From: a bacterium
GTDB lineage: Bacteria; Verrucomicrobiota; Verrucomicrobiia; Limisphaerales; UBA8199
NCBI GenBank assembly: GCA_021784555.1
Contig: JAJYHY010000001.1
Coordinates: 14,167 to 78,166, forward strand
DNA length: 64,000 bases
Reading direction: 5' to 3'
This document shows, piece after piece, positions 1-7,456 of this stretch. Both the position numbers and the translations under genes were made by a program. The stretch's first letter is position 1. The number at the start of each line of letters is the position of its first letter. A model generated the notes under the pieces. The model did not search any database. It saw nothing but the letters and a program-made list of their open reading frames with translations, and was not told the origin of the DNA.

Positions 1-704
1 TGCTGGCGCTCTTTGCCATAGCCAATGGCTACGTCAAAGGCCGGCTGGAGGCGCTGGCCCCGTGGCTCTGGGCGGAGGGCGCGGCGCTGCTGATTCACCT
101 GGTTCATCGCCCGTTCTGGCCCTACTACGATCTGCACCTCTTGGCCCCGGCAGCGGTGGTCGCGGGCGTCGGCGCCGTCGAGCTGTGGCGGGCGCTGCGC
201 GCGGCCGGCGTCTCGCGGCGGCAGCGGGCTCTCGCGCTCGGAGCCGCCGCCGCGCTTTGCCTGTGCTGGGGCGGGCAGCAGGCCAATTGCATTGCCCACC
301 AATGGAAGACCTCCGACGACTTCGCGGTCTCCCCGATAACCAAGGAGCTGACGCGGCTTGGAAGAGCCGGCCACGCAGAGTTTGCGATAGAGCCGCTCTG
401 GACGTTTGCCGCCGGCCAGGTTCAGACACCGCCCGAACTGACGATCCTGCCGGCGAAACGGTTCTGGTCCGGCCAGATCGGCGAGCCGGCTATCGCTAAC
501 ATCCTCCGTTCCAACCACGTCGATGCGCTGGTCCTGGGCGGGGGCGAGACCTCGGAACCGGGCTGGACGAACCTGCTTAGGGACTACGCGCCCGTCGTCC
601 ATGACGCGGGGGTCGTGCTTTTCGAGCGGCGCGCGCTTCATCCCAAGCCGATTGCCCTCCGTCACGACGTGCGAGACGTCTTTCTGCACAGCGTCGGGTT
701 CTGA
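1..704 (+). CDS. 3' part of a membrane protein gene entering from upstream (possibly ArnT/PMT-like glycosyltransferase C-terminal region)
   Basis: Frame 3 is open from nt 3 to TGA 702-704. Hydrophobic stretches (LALFAIANGY, LLAPAAVVAGVGAV) are followed by a soluble tail. Track ORF 141..704 is only the part after an internal TTG. Confidence 0.55.
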   Translation, partial: LALFAIANGYVKGRLEALAPWLWAEGAALLIHLVHRPFWPYYDLHLLAPAAVVAGVGAVELWRALRAAGVSRRQRALALGAAAALCLCWGGQQANCIAHQWKTSDDFAVSPITKELTRLGRAGHAEFAIEPLWTFAAGQVQTPPELTILPAKRFWSGQIGEPAIANILRSNHVDALVLGGGETSEPGWTNLLRDYAPVVHDAGVVLFERRALHPKPIALRHDVRDVFLHSVGF

Positions 705-740
705 GGCCTCAACCGAAGCGCGCGACCTTGGCACGGCCGG

Positions 741-812
741 GACGGAGCGCTGGAGCGACGAAAAACCCAGCACTCCAATACCCCAATGCTCCAGCACTCC
801 AGCACTCTCAAC
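741..812. repeat. 8-nt-periodic GGAG/CTCC hairpin element, copy A
   Basis: GGAG at 744 and 752, loop gacgaaaaaccc, then CTCC/CCCC/CTCT every 8 nt at 773, 781, 789, 797 and 805. gctggagc (749-756) is complementary to gctccagc (788-795). Same layout and aaaaccc loop as 50857-50937. Confidence 0.7.
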
Positions 813-860
813 TTTACCCGTAAGTAATCAGTTATCGGAAAACGTTCGCCGGAGGCGCGT

Positions 861-1114
861 GAGGCCCGTAGGGCCGGCATATTTGTAGAAGACCACCCCG
901 TAACGCGATCGAGGCCCGTAGGGCCGGCATATTGTGGAAACGCCCGTGCCGGGCGTCTGGGCCCGTAACGTCCGGCCTATTTGCAGGTCTGAGGCGCAAC
1001 CCACAATCCAGCCCCGCAGGCGCGTCCGCGCCGGAGGAGATGCCGTTCCTACGGAACTGGCGGATGAAACGCTGGTGGGCGCGGCTTCTACAGCGATGCC
1101 GTTCCTACGGAACT
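861..1114. repeat. Cluster of REP-like short hairpin repeats
   Basis: A 23-bp perfect direct repeat gaggcccgtagggccggcatatt occurs at 861-883 and 911-933 (hairpin ggccc-gta-gggcc). A 20-bp perfect direct repeat gatgccgttcctacggaact occurs at 1039-1058 and 1095-1114 (hairpin gttcc-tac-ggaac). An extra hairpin acgcccg-tgc-cgggcgt lies at 940-956, preceded by GTGG. Confidence 0.7.
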
Positions 1115-1348
1115 CGAAGAGGCTTGCCAATGCGGCTCCTATAAGCCTGCCGCGGTAACGGGGGAGTTGGGCGATTTGTTTCCGGGATGGCTTTATAGCC
1201 CCCGGGCGGCATCCTTGAAAAGGGTGCTCACAAGCGCGCCAGCCGCGCCGGCTCAGCCAGCGTCCGCAAACTCGTACCGGTCCAACACCTCCCCACAATC
1301 TCATGGCCCGGCTGATTTGCTTAGTACGAAGTTCTGTGGGGAAAGTTG

Positions 1349-1408
1349 AGCCAACTCTCCAACTCTCCAACCCTCCAGCCCTCTAACACTCCAGCACCCC
1401 GTCACCCC
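1349..1408. repeat. 8-nt-periodic CTCC array, copy B (C-rich arm only)
   Basis: CTCC/CTCT/CCCC at 1357, 1365, 1373, 1381, 1389, 1397 and 1405. The tail cagcacccc...attcggc matches 50931-50943. Confidence 0.65.
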
Positions 1409-1451
1409 ATTCGGCCGCGTCCCAAGGCTGGTTGTTTTGATTCAGTTCAGA

Positions 1452-2114
1452 TCAGGCGCCCGGGGCCTGGAACATCCGCCGCAGCACGCGCAGGTTTTCC
1501 TCCGGGTCGAAGACGGCGCGAATGGGAATTTCGAAGCCCGGCACGACGAGACTCCGCACGTTGCCGGAGCCGCTCTTGAGCCGCAGGGCGTAGCCCGTCC
1601 GGGCCAGTTCATATTGTTCGACGGCCTCGGCCCCCGTATCGACCAGCCAGTACTCGGCGACGCCATGCGCGGCGTAATCGCGGAATTTGACGCCGCGATC
1701 CCGGTGGGCGGTGGTCTCGGAGAGGACCTCGGCAATAAAGTCTGGCGCCGGAAACAGCAACTGGCCCGGCTCAATTCCCACCGCCTTCTCCGGCCCATAG
1801 AAGAGGACGTCCGGCTCATAGTCGTTGCGGGTCAGGCAAACCAGGGCCTTTTCGTCGAGGACCATACCCAAATTGCGGGTTTCCACGTGGGTTGAGAGCA
1901 ATCGCGACAAGAGCATGCGCGAGCGAGTGTGGCGGGTAGTTGCGGGGCTATGCACGATGACCTCTCCGTTGATAAGCTCTGCTTTGCGGCCCGGGGTCAA
2001 CTCCTCCCGGAATTTCTCCCGCAGCCGGCGTTCCTCCTCGAGCCGGGTCTTGATTTGCTCTTCGTACAAGGCCAATTCCGGCGCCTCGAGCAGTTCGTTT
2101 GGCAGCGTCATCAT
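1452..2114 (-). CDS. Uma2-family (DUF820) putative endonuclease
   Basis: ELINGEVIVHSPATTRH...EPDVLFY...PDFIAEVLSETTAHRDRGVKFRDYAAHGVAEYWLVD matches the Uma2 pattern. Start taken at the MM pair (2114); the track ORF extends to 2150. Confidence 0.8.
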   Translation of the reverse strand: MMTLPNELLEAPELALYEEQIKTRLEEERRLREKFREELTPGRKAELINGEVIVHSPATTRHTRSRMLLSRLLSTHVETRNLGMVLDEKALVCLTRNDYEPDVLFYGPEKAVGIEPGQLLFPAPDFIAEVLSETTAHRDRGVKFRDYAAHGVAEYWLVDTGAEAVEQYELARTGYALRLKSGSGNVRSLVVPGFEIPIRAVFDPEENLRVLRRMFQAPGA

Positions 2115-2177
2115 CCGGGGCAAACTACAGCAGCCCCAGGGCGGCAGCAAGCCGCTTTCAGCACCGGGGTGCGACTA

Positions 2178-2287
2178 AGAGGGCGCCGGGGTCAGTCCTC
2201 GCTTTTTCCGCGGTGAGCAAGGGAAGTGGCGGAAAAAGGCGCAGGACTGACCCCGGCGCCTTCCGTGCCCGGCACGTTTAATTGCAC
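2178..2287. repeat. 110-bp hairpin repeat element, copy 1
   Basis: The 17-bp perfect arms gcgccggggtcagtcct (2183-2199) and aggactgaccccggcgc (2243-2259) extend into tttttccgc/gcggaaaaa. About 90% identical by eye to the reverse complement of 46750-46858. Confidence 0.8.
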
Positions 2288-2300
2288 TCTCCGCACCGGG

Positions 2301-5300
2301 TCAAGGCGAGCGGATTCTATAGAAGCGTTGGGAAAAGCTGAGGGAGTTGGTAAAGGACTGGGGCGAGCCGTCTCCGGTGATCGATTCGACCGGGGTCCAA
2401 TTGGTGGTGTCCAGGTCATCCGAGTACTCCACCGTATAGGCCTGGCCGGCGAGCGTTTGGAAGGAGAAGCCGAAACTGGACTGGGTGACGTGGACCGCCT
2501 GAATGGCCGGCAGGGTCGAAGGCGAGGCGCAGGAATAATATCCGTCCAGAACCGATACGGTGTCGATGTACCAGCCCGAGCCCCCGTAATAGTTGCCGCT
2601 GTCGGTCGCCAGCCGCCACCGGAACTGGACATCCTGCCCGGCGGCGGAGGCCGGGAGCAATACTTGGGTAGTAATAAAACCTCCGGAAGAGCCGCTCCAG
2701 ACTTGGCGACCGTCGAGGGGATTGTCGTCGGTGACATCAATGGTTGCGGTATAGCCGCCGCTGACAAAAGTTCCACCCGCGGCCAGGATATCGGCAAATG
2801 GGCCATTGCCAATCCGGATTTCGAGCACCCCGCCGTCGTAAGCCAGCGTGGAATCCACCGAATCCTGCTCCAAATTATAACTGCCGCGGAAGATGAGTTG
2901 CGCGGTGGCGGAGTCGATGTGAGTGACGGGCGACACCAGGTCAGAAGTGCCCGCAGCCGTCGGTTCGGGACCAAAAGCCGCATTTGGGGCCGTGTCATAG
3001 GCCTGGTGAGAGGTTTTCCAGGCTTGGCCTCCCCCCGATGTCGCCGTGGTCCATTGGCTCGGCAGGGCCGGCGCCGCAACCCCGTCGAAGCTCTCAGCCA
3101 GGCTGGTTCGAGAGATGAACCTGCCCAGCCGCAAATCGAAACTGACTTTGCCCAAACTGGCTGGACCGTCTTGAAGATCCAGCGTGGCGGTGGCGACACT
3201 ACCGCACTGGCCGGTCGCGACGAGACTGAAGGATTGAGAGACCGCCGCGCCGCCGGCAACCAGCACGCCGTAGGTCTGCGGCTGCCCAGTGGAGGTGACG
3301 CCGCCGGTTGTCTCCAGCGTGGCCACAAGGTTCGTGGTGTCAGCAGTCCCCAGGTTTTGGAGCGAGAAACCGACCGTCACGGGTTCACCCGGGTCAATGG
3401 CATCGTCGGGTGGGGAACCCTCGTGCAGCAAGGTCGAACCCACGCCATTGATGATCGGTTTGGACTCCGCCGTCGCATTATAGATAACCAGGGCGAAATC
3501 CTGGTCCAGCGGCTGGCCATTATTCGGCACGCCATCCGAGTTGATGTTGGCGGCGGTCACCTGAACGGCGAAGCTTCCCGAGACGCCCGCGGGCAGGAAC
3601 ACACTTTCGACATTGTCGCGCGTATCGCTGGCGCCACCCGGCACGGACCAGGGGCCGCTGAAGACGTTTCCTTTGTAGAGGCTGCCCGCGACGGTGACCG
3701 TCAAATCCAGGTTATTGTTGTAGGCGCTGGCGGTGGTGCTGCCAGGGGCGTCGGTCCAAGCCAGAGTCACCCGGAAAGGCGCGCCCGTATCGGAGATGGT
3801 TCCAGTGAAAACGCGGGTCTGGCCGGTGGCCGTGAACAGGTCCTCCGGACGCTGGTCGCGAAGGACTCGCGGGACGCCGTCGAATGCCCTGCCCAGGTCC
3901 ATCTCGCCCATGCCCTGGCTGTCCGACCAGAGCGAATCGTTGGCGTAGGCGCCGGTGAGGTAGCGGGCCGAATTCATCAGGTAGGCCTTGACCATGGCCG
4001 GGCTGGGAGGGCTGGCGAAGTGGTTGAGGAAGTACTGCCAGACCAGGGCGCACCCGCCAGAAACGCAGGGGCAGGAGTGGCTGGTGCCGGAGGAGCTGGT
4101 ATAAAACTCCTGGCCTGAGGGAAAGTAGATGCCGGAAGGGCCGCCGGAGATTCCCTCGCCCGTGTAACAGGGCGCGGCGGTGCCCGTGGCGGCTGGATTG
4201 GCGGCCTCATAGACGCCGCCGCTGATGTGCGTGCCGGGGGCCACGAGGTCGGGCTTGTGCCGTCCGTCGGCGCAGGGGCCTCGGCTTGAGAAATCGAGCA
4301 TGTCATTGGCGCTGTTGGCCTGGGTATCGCTCACGCCGCTGGCATCCGTGCCTCCGATGAATTGCACGCCCTCGGCGGCGCCGACCGTGATAACGTTTTT
4401 CGCCGTGCCGGGCGAGCCGATGGTCTGGAGGCTGGGGCCGTCATTGCCGGCGGCAAAGACCATGACCATTTCCTGGTTGCCCGCGGCGGCATAGACCGAC
4501 CCGGTCGGTTGCGCATCGCGCGCCAGGGCGTCGAAGGCCTGGGCGTCGGCGTCATAGTCGGCGGTGGAGCCGGCTCCCCAACTATTATTGCTGATGCGCG
4601 CGCCGCTATGATAGGCGCGGGATTGGAGGTCGCTGTAGTTCGGGTTAGTGAAATTGTTCGGATCAAAGATGACCGAGGAACCGAGCTCAACGAACGGGCA
4701 CACCCCCAGGCCGTAATGGAAGCCGGAATTATCCGCGAAGGGAAAACCGGAAAGATCATCGTAGCCGGCGATGAGATGCGCGTTCAGTGTGCCGTGGCCA
4801 TCGCAGCCCGCCAGCGTGCTTCCTGGATTCGGTGTTCCCGCCAGCCGATTGTAAACCACCCGGCTGGTTGCACCGAGGATTCCATTAACATAGAGGCCAA
4901 AATGGTTTGGAGAAGTCTTTCCATTGTCTATGCCGCTATCGGAGACATCCACGACCAGCCCGGAGGCGGAGAACTGGGCCTGGGTGAAGCCCTTGCTCGC
5001 CAGCCAACCCAAATAGCCCGGTCCGCTCGGATTGTTGCCCGCGACGTTCCCGGCGGCAATCTGGTCCTGCCGCTCGCCGAATTTTCGAGGCGCCGTGTGG
5101 GCCTGAATCGAGATCACGTCCGGTTGCGCCGCCACTTGGTCGAGGTCCGAAACGGGCAGACTCACCAGCACGTCGAGGTAATCGAGCACTCTTTCCTGGC
5201 GCCGGATTGGCGCGGTTTGCAGTTGCTTCAACAACTCTAGAGTGCCGGCGTTGGCATCTGGGTCCGCCACCAGTTGCACCATGAACAGACCCGCGACGTT

Positions 5301-5990
5301 GGTCCCGGCGGCGGCGGTTTCCATCCTGGCACGCGCGCCGGGATTGACCTTGTAAGCATCGGCGTAGGGGCCGTTCCACTGGAACTGGGGAAGGACAGAC
5401 GCCAACGCCTGAACTCGCGCCAGCGCCTGGGCGTCCCCATAGACCAGATAAGCATTCTGAGGCAGGTAGGAGACGATTCGAACGCCGGTGGCGGCCAACT
5501 GCCGATACCAGGCCGGCTGGATCGGGCCGGCAAATTGGACCAGGTGCAGCCGCTTGCCGGTGACAGCGCTCACCGGCGTGGCAAGGGCCTTGACACTGGG
5601 TCGGGCCGTGTCGATGGCGCCGGTGTCCAGGAAGATGCGGTTATAGTCGTCGCGCAACTCCAATCGGCTGTCAGTCCGCAATTGCGGAGCCGCCGCCGGG
5701 ACTTGATAGACCGCAAAGGCGCCGTAGTCGGCAATTAAGCGGCCTCCGGCGGCCGCCACCTCGTTGGTCAGGATGTGATCGACACGGAGCTTGTGGAACT
5801 GGGCTGAAGCGGGCGCCGCATAAGCCTGCACGCCCGCCAAGACAAACGGCGCCAACAATGGTAAAAGGCCGAATCCGTGACGCCTTGCCCGGCGCCTGTT
5901 TTGACGGCACCGCAAAATCCGGGATGCACCCTCCTCCCCACCCCTGCGCGGTTCGCTACCAGAACCGCCCCAATCTGTCCTGCACTTCAT
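2301..5990 (-). CDS. Large secreted S8-family (subtilisin-like) serine peptidase with C-terminal accessory domains
   Basis: Catalytic triad motifs VSDSGID, DGHGTLNAH and SGTSHSCPCVSGG. N-terminal signal-like LLPLLAPFVLAGVQAYAAP. Ends with the shared ...QRFYRIRSP module. Confidence 0.9.
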   Translation of the reverse strand: MKCRTDWGGSGSEPRRGGEEGASRILRCRQNRRRARRHGFGLLPLLAPFVLAGVQAYAAPASAQFHKLRVDHILTNEVAAAGGRLIADYGAFAVYQVPAAAPQLRTDSRLELRDDYNRIFLDTGAIDTARPSVKALATPVSAVTGKRLHLVQFAGPIQPAWYRQLAATGVRIVSYLPQNAYLVYGDAQALARVQALASVLPQFQWNGPYADAYKVNPGARARMETAAAGTNVAGLFMVQLVADPDANAGTLELLKQLQTAPIRRQERVLDYLDVLVSLPVSDLDQVAAQPDVISIQAHTAPRKFGERQDQIAAGNVAGNNPSGPGYLGWLASKGFTQAQFSASGLVVDVSDSGIDNGKTSPNHFGLYVNGILGATSRVVYNRLAGTPNPGSTLAGCDGHGTLNAHLIAGYDDLSGFPFADNSGFHYGLGVCPFVELGSSVIFDPNNFTNPNYSDLQSRAYHSGARISNNSWGAGSTADYDADAQAFDALARDAQPTGSVYAAAGNQEMVMVFAAGNDGPSLQTIGSPGTAKNVITVGAAEGVQFIGGTDASGVSDTQANSANDMLDFSSRGPCADGRHKPDLVAPGTHISGGVYEAANPAATGTAAPCYTGEGISGGPSGIYFPSGQEFYTSSSGTSHSCPCVSGGCALVWQYFLNHFASPPSPAMVKAYLMNSARYLTGAYANDSLWSDSQGMGEMDLGRAFDGVPRVLRDQRPEDLFTATGQTRVFTGTISDTGAPFRVTLAWTDAPGSTTASAYNNNLDLTVTVAGSLYKGNVFSGPWSVPGGASDTRDNVESVFLPAGVSGSFAVQVTAANINSDGVPNNGQPLDQDFALVIYNATAESKPIINGVGSTLLHEGSPPDDAIDPGEPVTVGFSLQNLGTADTTNLVATLETTGGVTSTGQPQTYGVLVAGGAAVSQSFSLVATGQCGSVATATLDLQDGPASLGKVSFDLRLGRFISRTSLAESFDGVAAPALPSQWTTATSGGGQAWKTSHQAYDTAPNAAFGPEPTAAGTSDLVSPVTHIDSATAQLIFRGSYNLEQDSVDSTLAYDGGVLEIRIGNGPFADILAAGGTFVSGGYTATIDVTDDNPLDGRQVWSGSSGGFITTQVLLPASAAGQDVQFRWRLATDSGNYYGGSGWYIDTVSVLDGYYSCASPSTLPAIQAVHVTQSSFGFSFQTLAGQAYTVEYSDDLDTTNWTPVESITGDGSPQSFTNSLSFSQRFYRIRSP

Positions 5991-6150
5991 ACAAGTAATC
6001 TGCCGATTGGCAGACTACTTGCACTGCACCAGCACGCGCAAGCGTTTCGCGATGCGGAGCTGCGCACGGTGAAGAAGCTTATGGACCCGAACAAGTAAAC
6101 CCGAACGGCCTCAACTGCGACGAGTTCACCGGCCGGGCGCTTTGCGGCAT

Positions 6151-7197
6151 TCAGGATAGGCAGAGGACTTCCAGGTTCGCACAGGTCGCCGCCAAGCGAA
6201 GCCACTGCCGCAGCACTTCCACCCTCGTCTCCGAGCCAACCCGCTCCCGAACCGCCTCCGGCACCGACCCGAATCGCACCTCCAGTAACTCCAGCACTGC
6301 CCGTCGGCCAGCCATCACTTGCCCCTTCTCAATGCCTTGTTGCAGGCCCTTCTCAATGCCTTGTTGCAGGCCCTTCTCAATGCCTTGTTGCAGGCCCTTC
6401 TCAATGCCTTGTTGCAGGCCCTCCTCGATTCCCTGCTGCCGGCCCTTCGCAATCCCGAACCGCTCCGCACTCGTTACGTATGGCATATTCTCTTTCCTTT
6501 CAAACTCGCACAATTGCTCGTGAAACCGGGCTTCCAGGTCGTCGGGCAACCGCAACATCCAGTCCACCAACCGGTACAACTCCTGAATGTCTGCCTTCCC
6601 CAACCCCATCTCATACAGCCGCCGCGTCAACTCCCACTTCAACACCCGCCGACGTTCGGCGTCGTTACCCGTCCGCTGCGCCGCCAAGCTCGCCTGAATC
6701 ACAATCGCCGCCGGCTCCCGGCTGGCCCGCAACGCCGCCTCGTCCGCCGTCAAATCTAACAGCTTGCAAACCGAAAAGTCAAACCGCACCCGCGTCCCTG
6801 GAAGCACCATCTCGTAGAAAGTGGGCCGCCAGTCCGGGTCCGTGTCCGCGAGCACCGCCAGCGTGATGACCGGTCGCCCGTAAACGTCCGTCGCCCGGTA
6901 GTTGTACCGATACATCCGCACCTGAAACTGCGGGTCAGGCCCGTGTTGGATTTCAACGTGCAATAGAATCCACTCCTCAGAGCCGTCCCGCAGCCACACC
7001 TTGATGAGCAGATCCACGAACTTGTTGCCCGACTGGGCATCGCGAACAATTTTCCGCAATTCCTTGTCCAGGAACTCGGGTCGGCGCAACCAGTTAATGG
7101 CACGCTCGACATCGGGGAAACAAACCCGCATGAAAGAGTGCAGGAAGATCCGCCAGCCTTCTTTCCACGGGCTGTCGTATTCGGTAGTTTTGCTCAT
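6151..7197 (-). CDS. Rpn-family / PD-(D/E)XK 'transposase-like' protein with C-terminal DUF4351-like region
   Basis: N-terminus SKTTEYDSPWKEGW...FVDLLIKV...LLHVEIQ carries a D...E-x-Q nuclease-like motif. It resembles Rpn/YhgA-like and cyanobacterial DUF4351 proteins. Contains EKGLQQGI x4. Confidence 0.75.
   Translation of the reverse strand: MSKTTEYDSPWKEGWRIFLHSFMRVCFPDVERAINWLRRPEFLDKELRKIVRDAQSGNKFVDLLIKVWLRDGSEEWILLHVEIQHGPDPQFQVRMYRYNYRATDVYGRPVITLAVLADTDPDWRPTFYEMVLPGTRVRFDFSVCKLLDLTADEAALRASREPAAIVIQASLAAQRTGNDAERRRVLKWELTRRLYEMGLGKADIQELYRLVDWMLRLPDDLEARFHEQLCEFERKENMPYVTSAERFGIAKGRQQGIEEGLQQGIEKGLQQGIEKGLQQGIEKGLQQGIEKGQVMAGRRAVLELLEVRFGSVPEAVRERVGSETRVEVLRQWLRLAATCANLEVLCLS
6323..6442. 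repeat. Intragenic 24-bp tandem repeat (4 perfect copies plus 1 diverged)
   Basis: cccttctcaatgccttgttgcagg at 6323, 6347, 6371 and 6395 (identical), then a diverged copy at 6419-6442. Encodes (EKGLQQGI)n on the minus strand. Confidence 0.95.
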
Positions 7198-7456
7198 AGG
7201 TTCGTGACTGCGCGCACATAGTGGCAGATTGCGATTGCAAACGCCAGTCTAGAGATGCCTGGTCCCCCAGCGCCCAGTGCCCCCAGCGATTCGCACCGCG
7301 CCAGGGTCAAATGGGCTTGGGCTTAGCGCCTTAGGGGCGATAAGTTAAGACCAGCATTGAGCTTGACGAGGCCACGTGGACCGATTTGGAAAGCCAGGCT
7401 GCCTGATTTCGGCGTTGATCACTGGTTCGTCCTGATCAGCGGACAAGAACGTCTGA

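Noticed and set aside
828-1370. 180-aa ORF on the minus strand and other ORFs in 705-1451.
   Set aside because: They are composed of the hairpin repeats and CTCC arrays ('FYKYAGPTGL', 'LQIGRT' text), with no start context or domain.
2226-4118. Long ORFs antisense to or overlapping the large genes. Examples are 2226..4118+, 2192..3328-, 7934..9973+, 25294..27123+, 43647..45461+, 61947..63194+, 35280..36308-, 10634..11533- and 14753..15688-.
   Set aside because: They lie opposite or out of frame to genes with clear family motifs. Their translations are Arg/Gly/Pro/Ala-rich with no recognisable domains, as expected for shadow ORFs in GC-rich DNA.
6323-6442. A regularly spaced 24-bp repeat, considered as a possible CRISPR array.
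   Set aside because: The units are directly abutting with no spacers. They are in frame inside a coding gene, and no cas genes are nearby.
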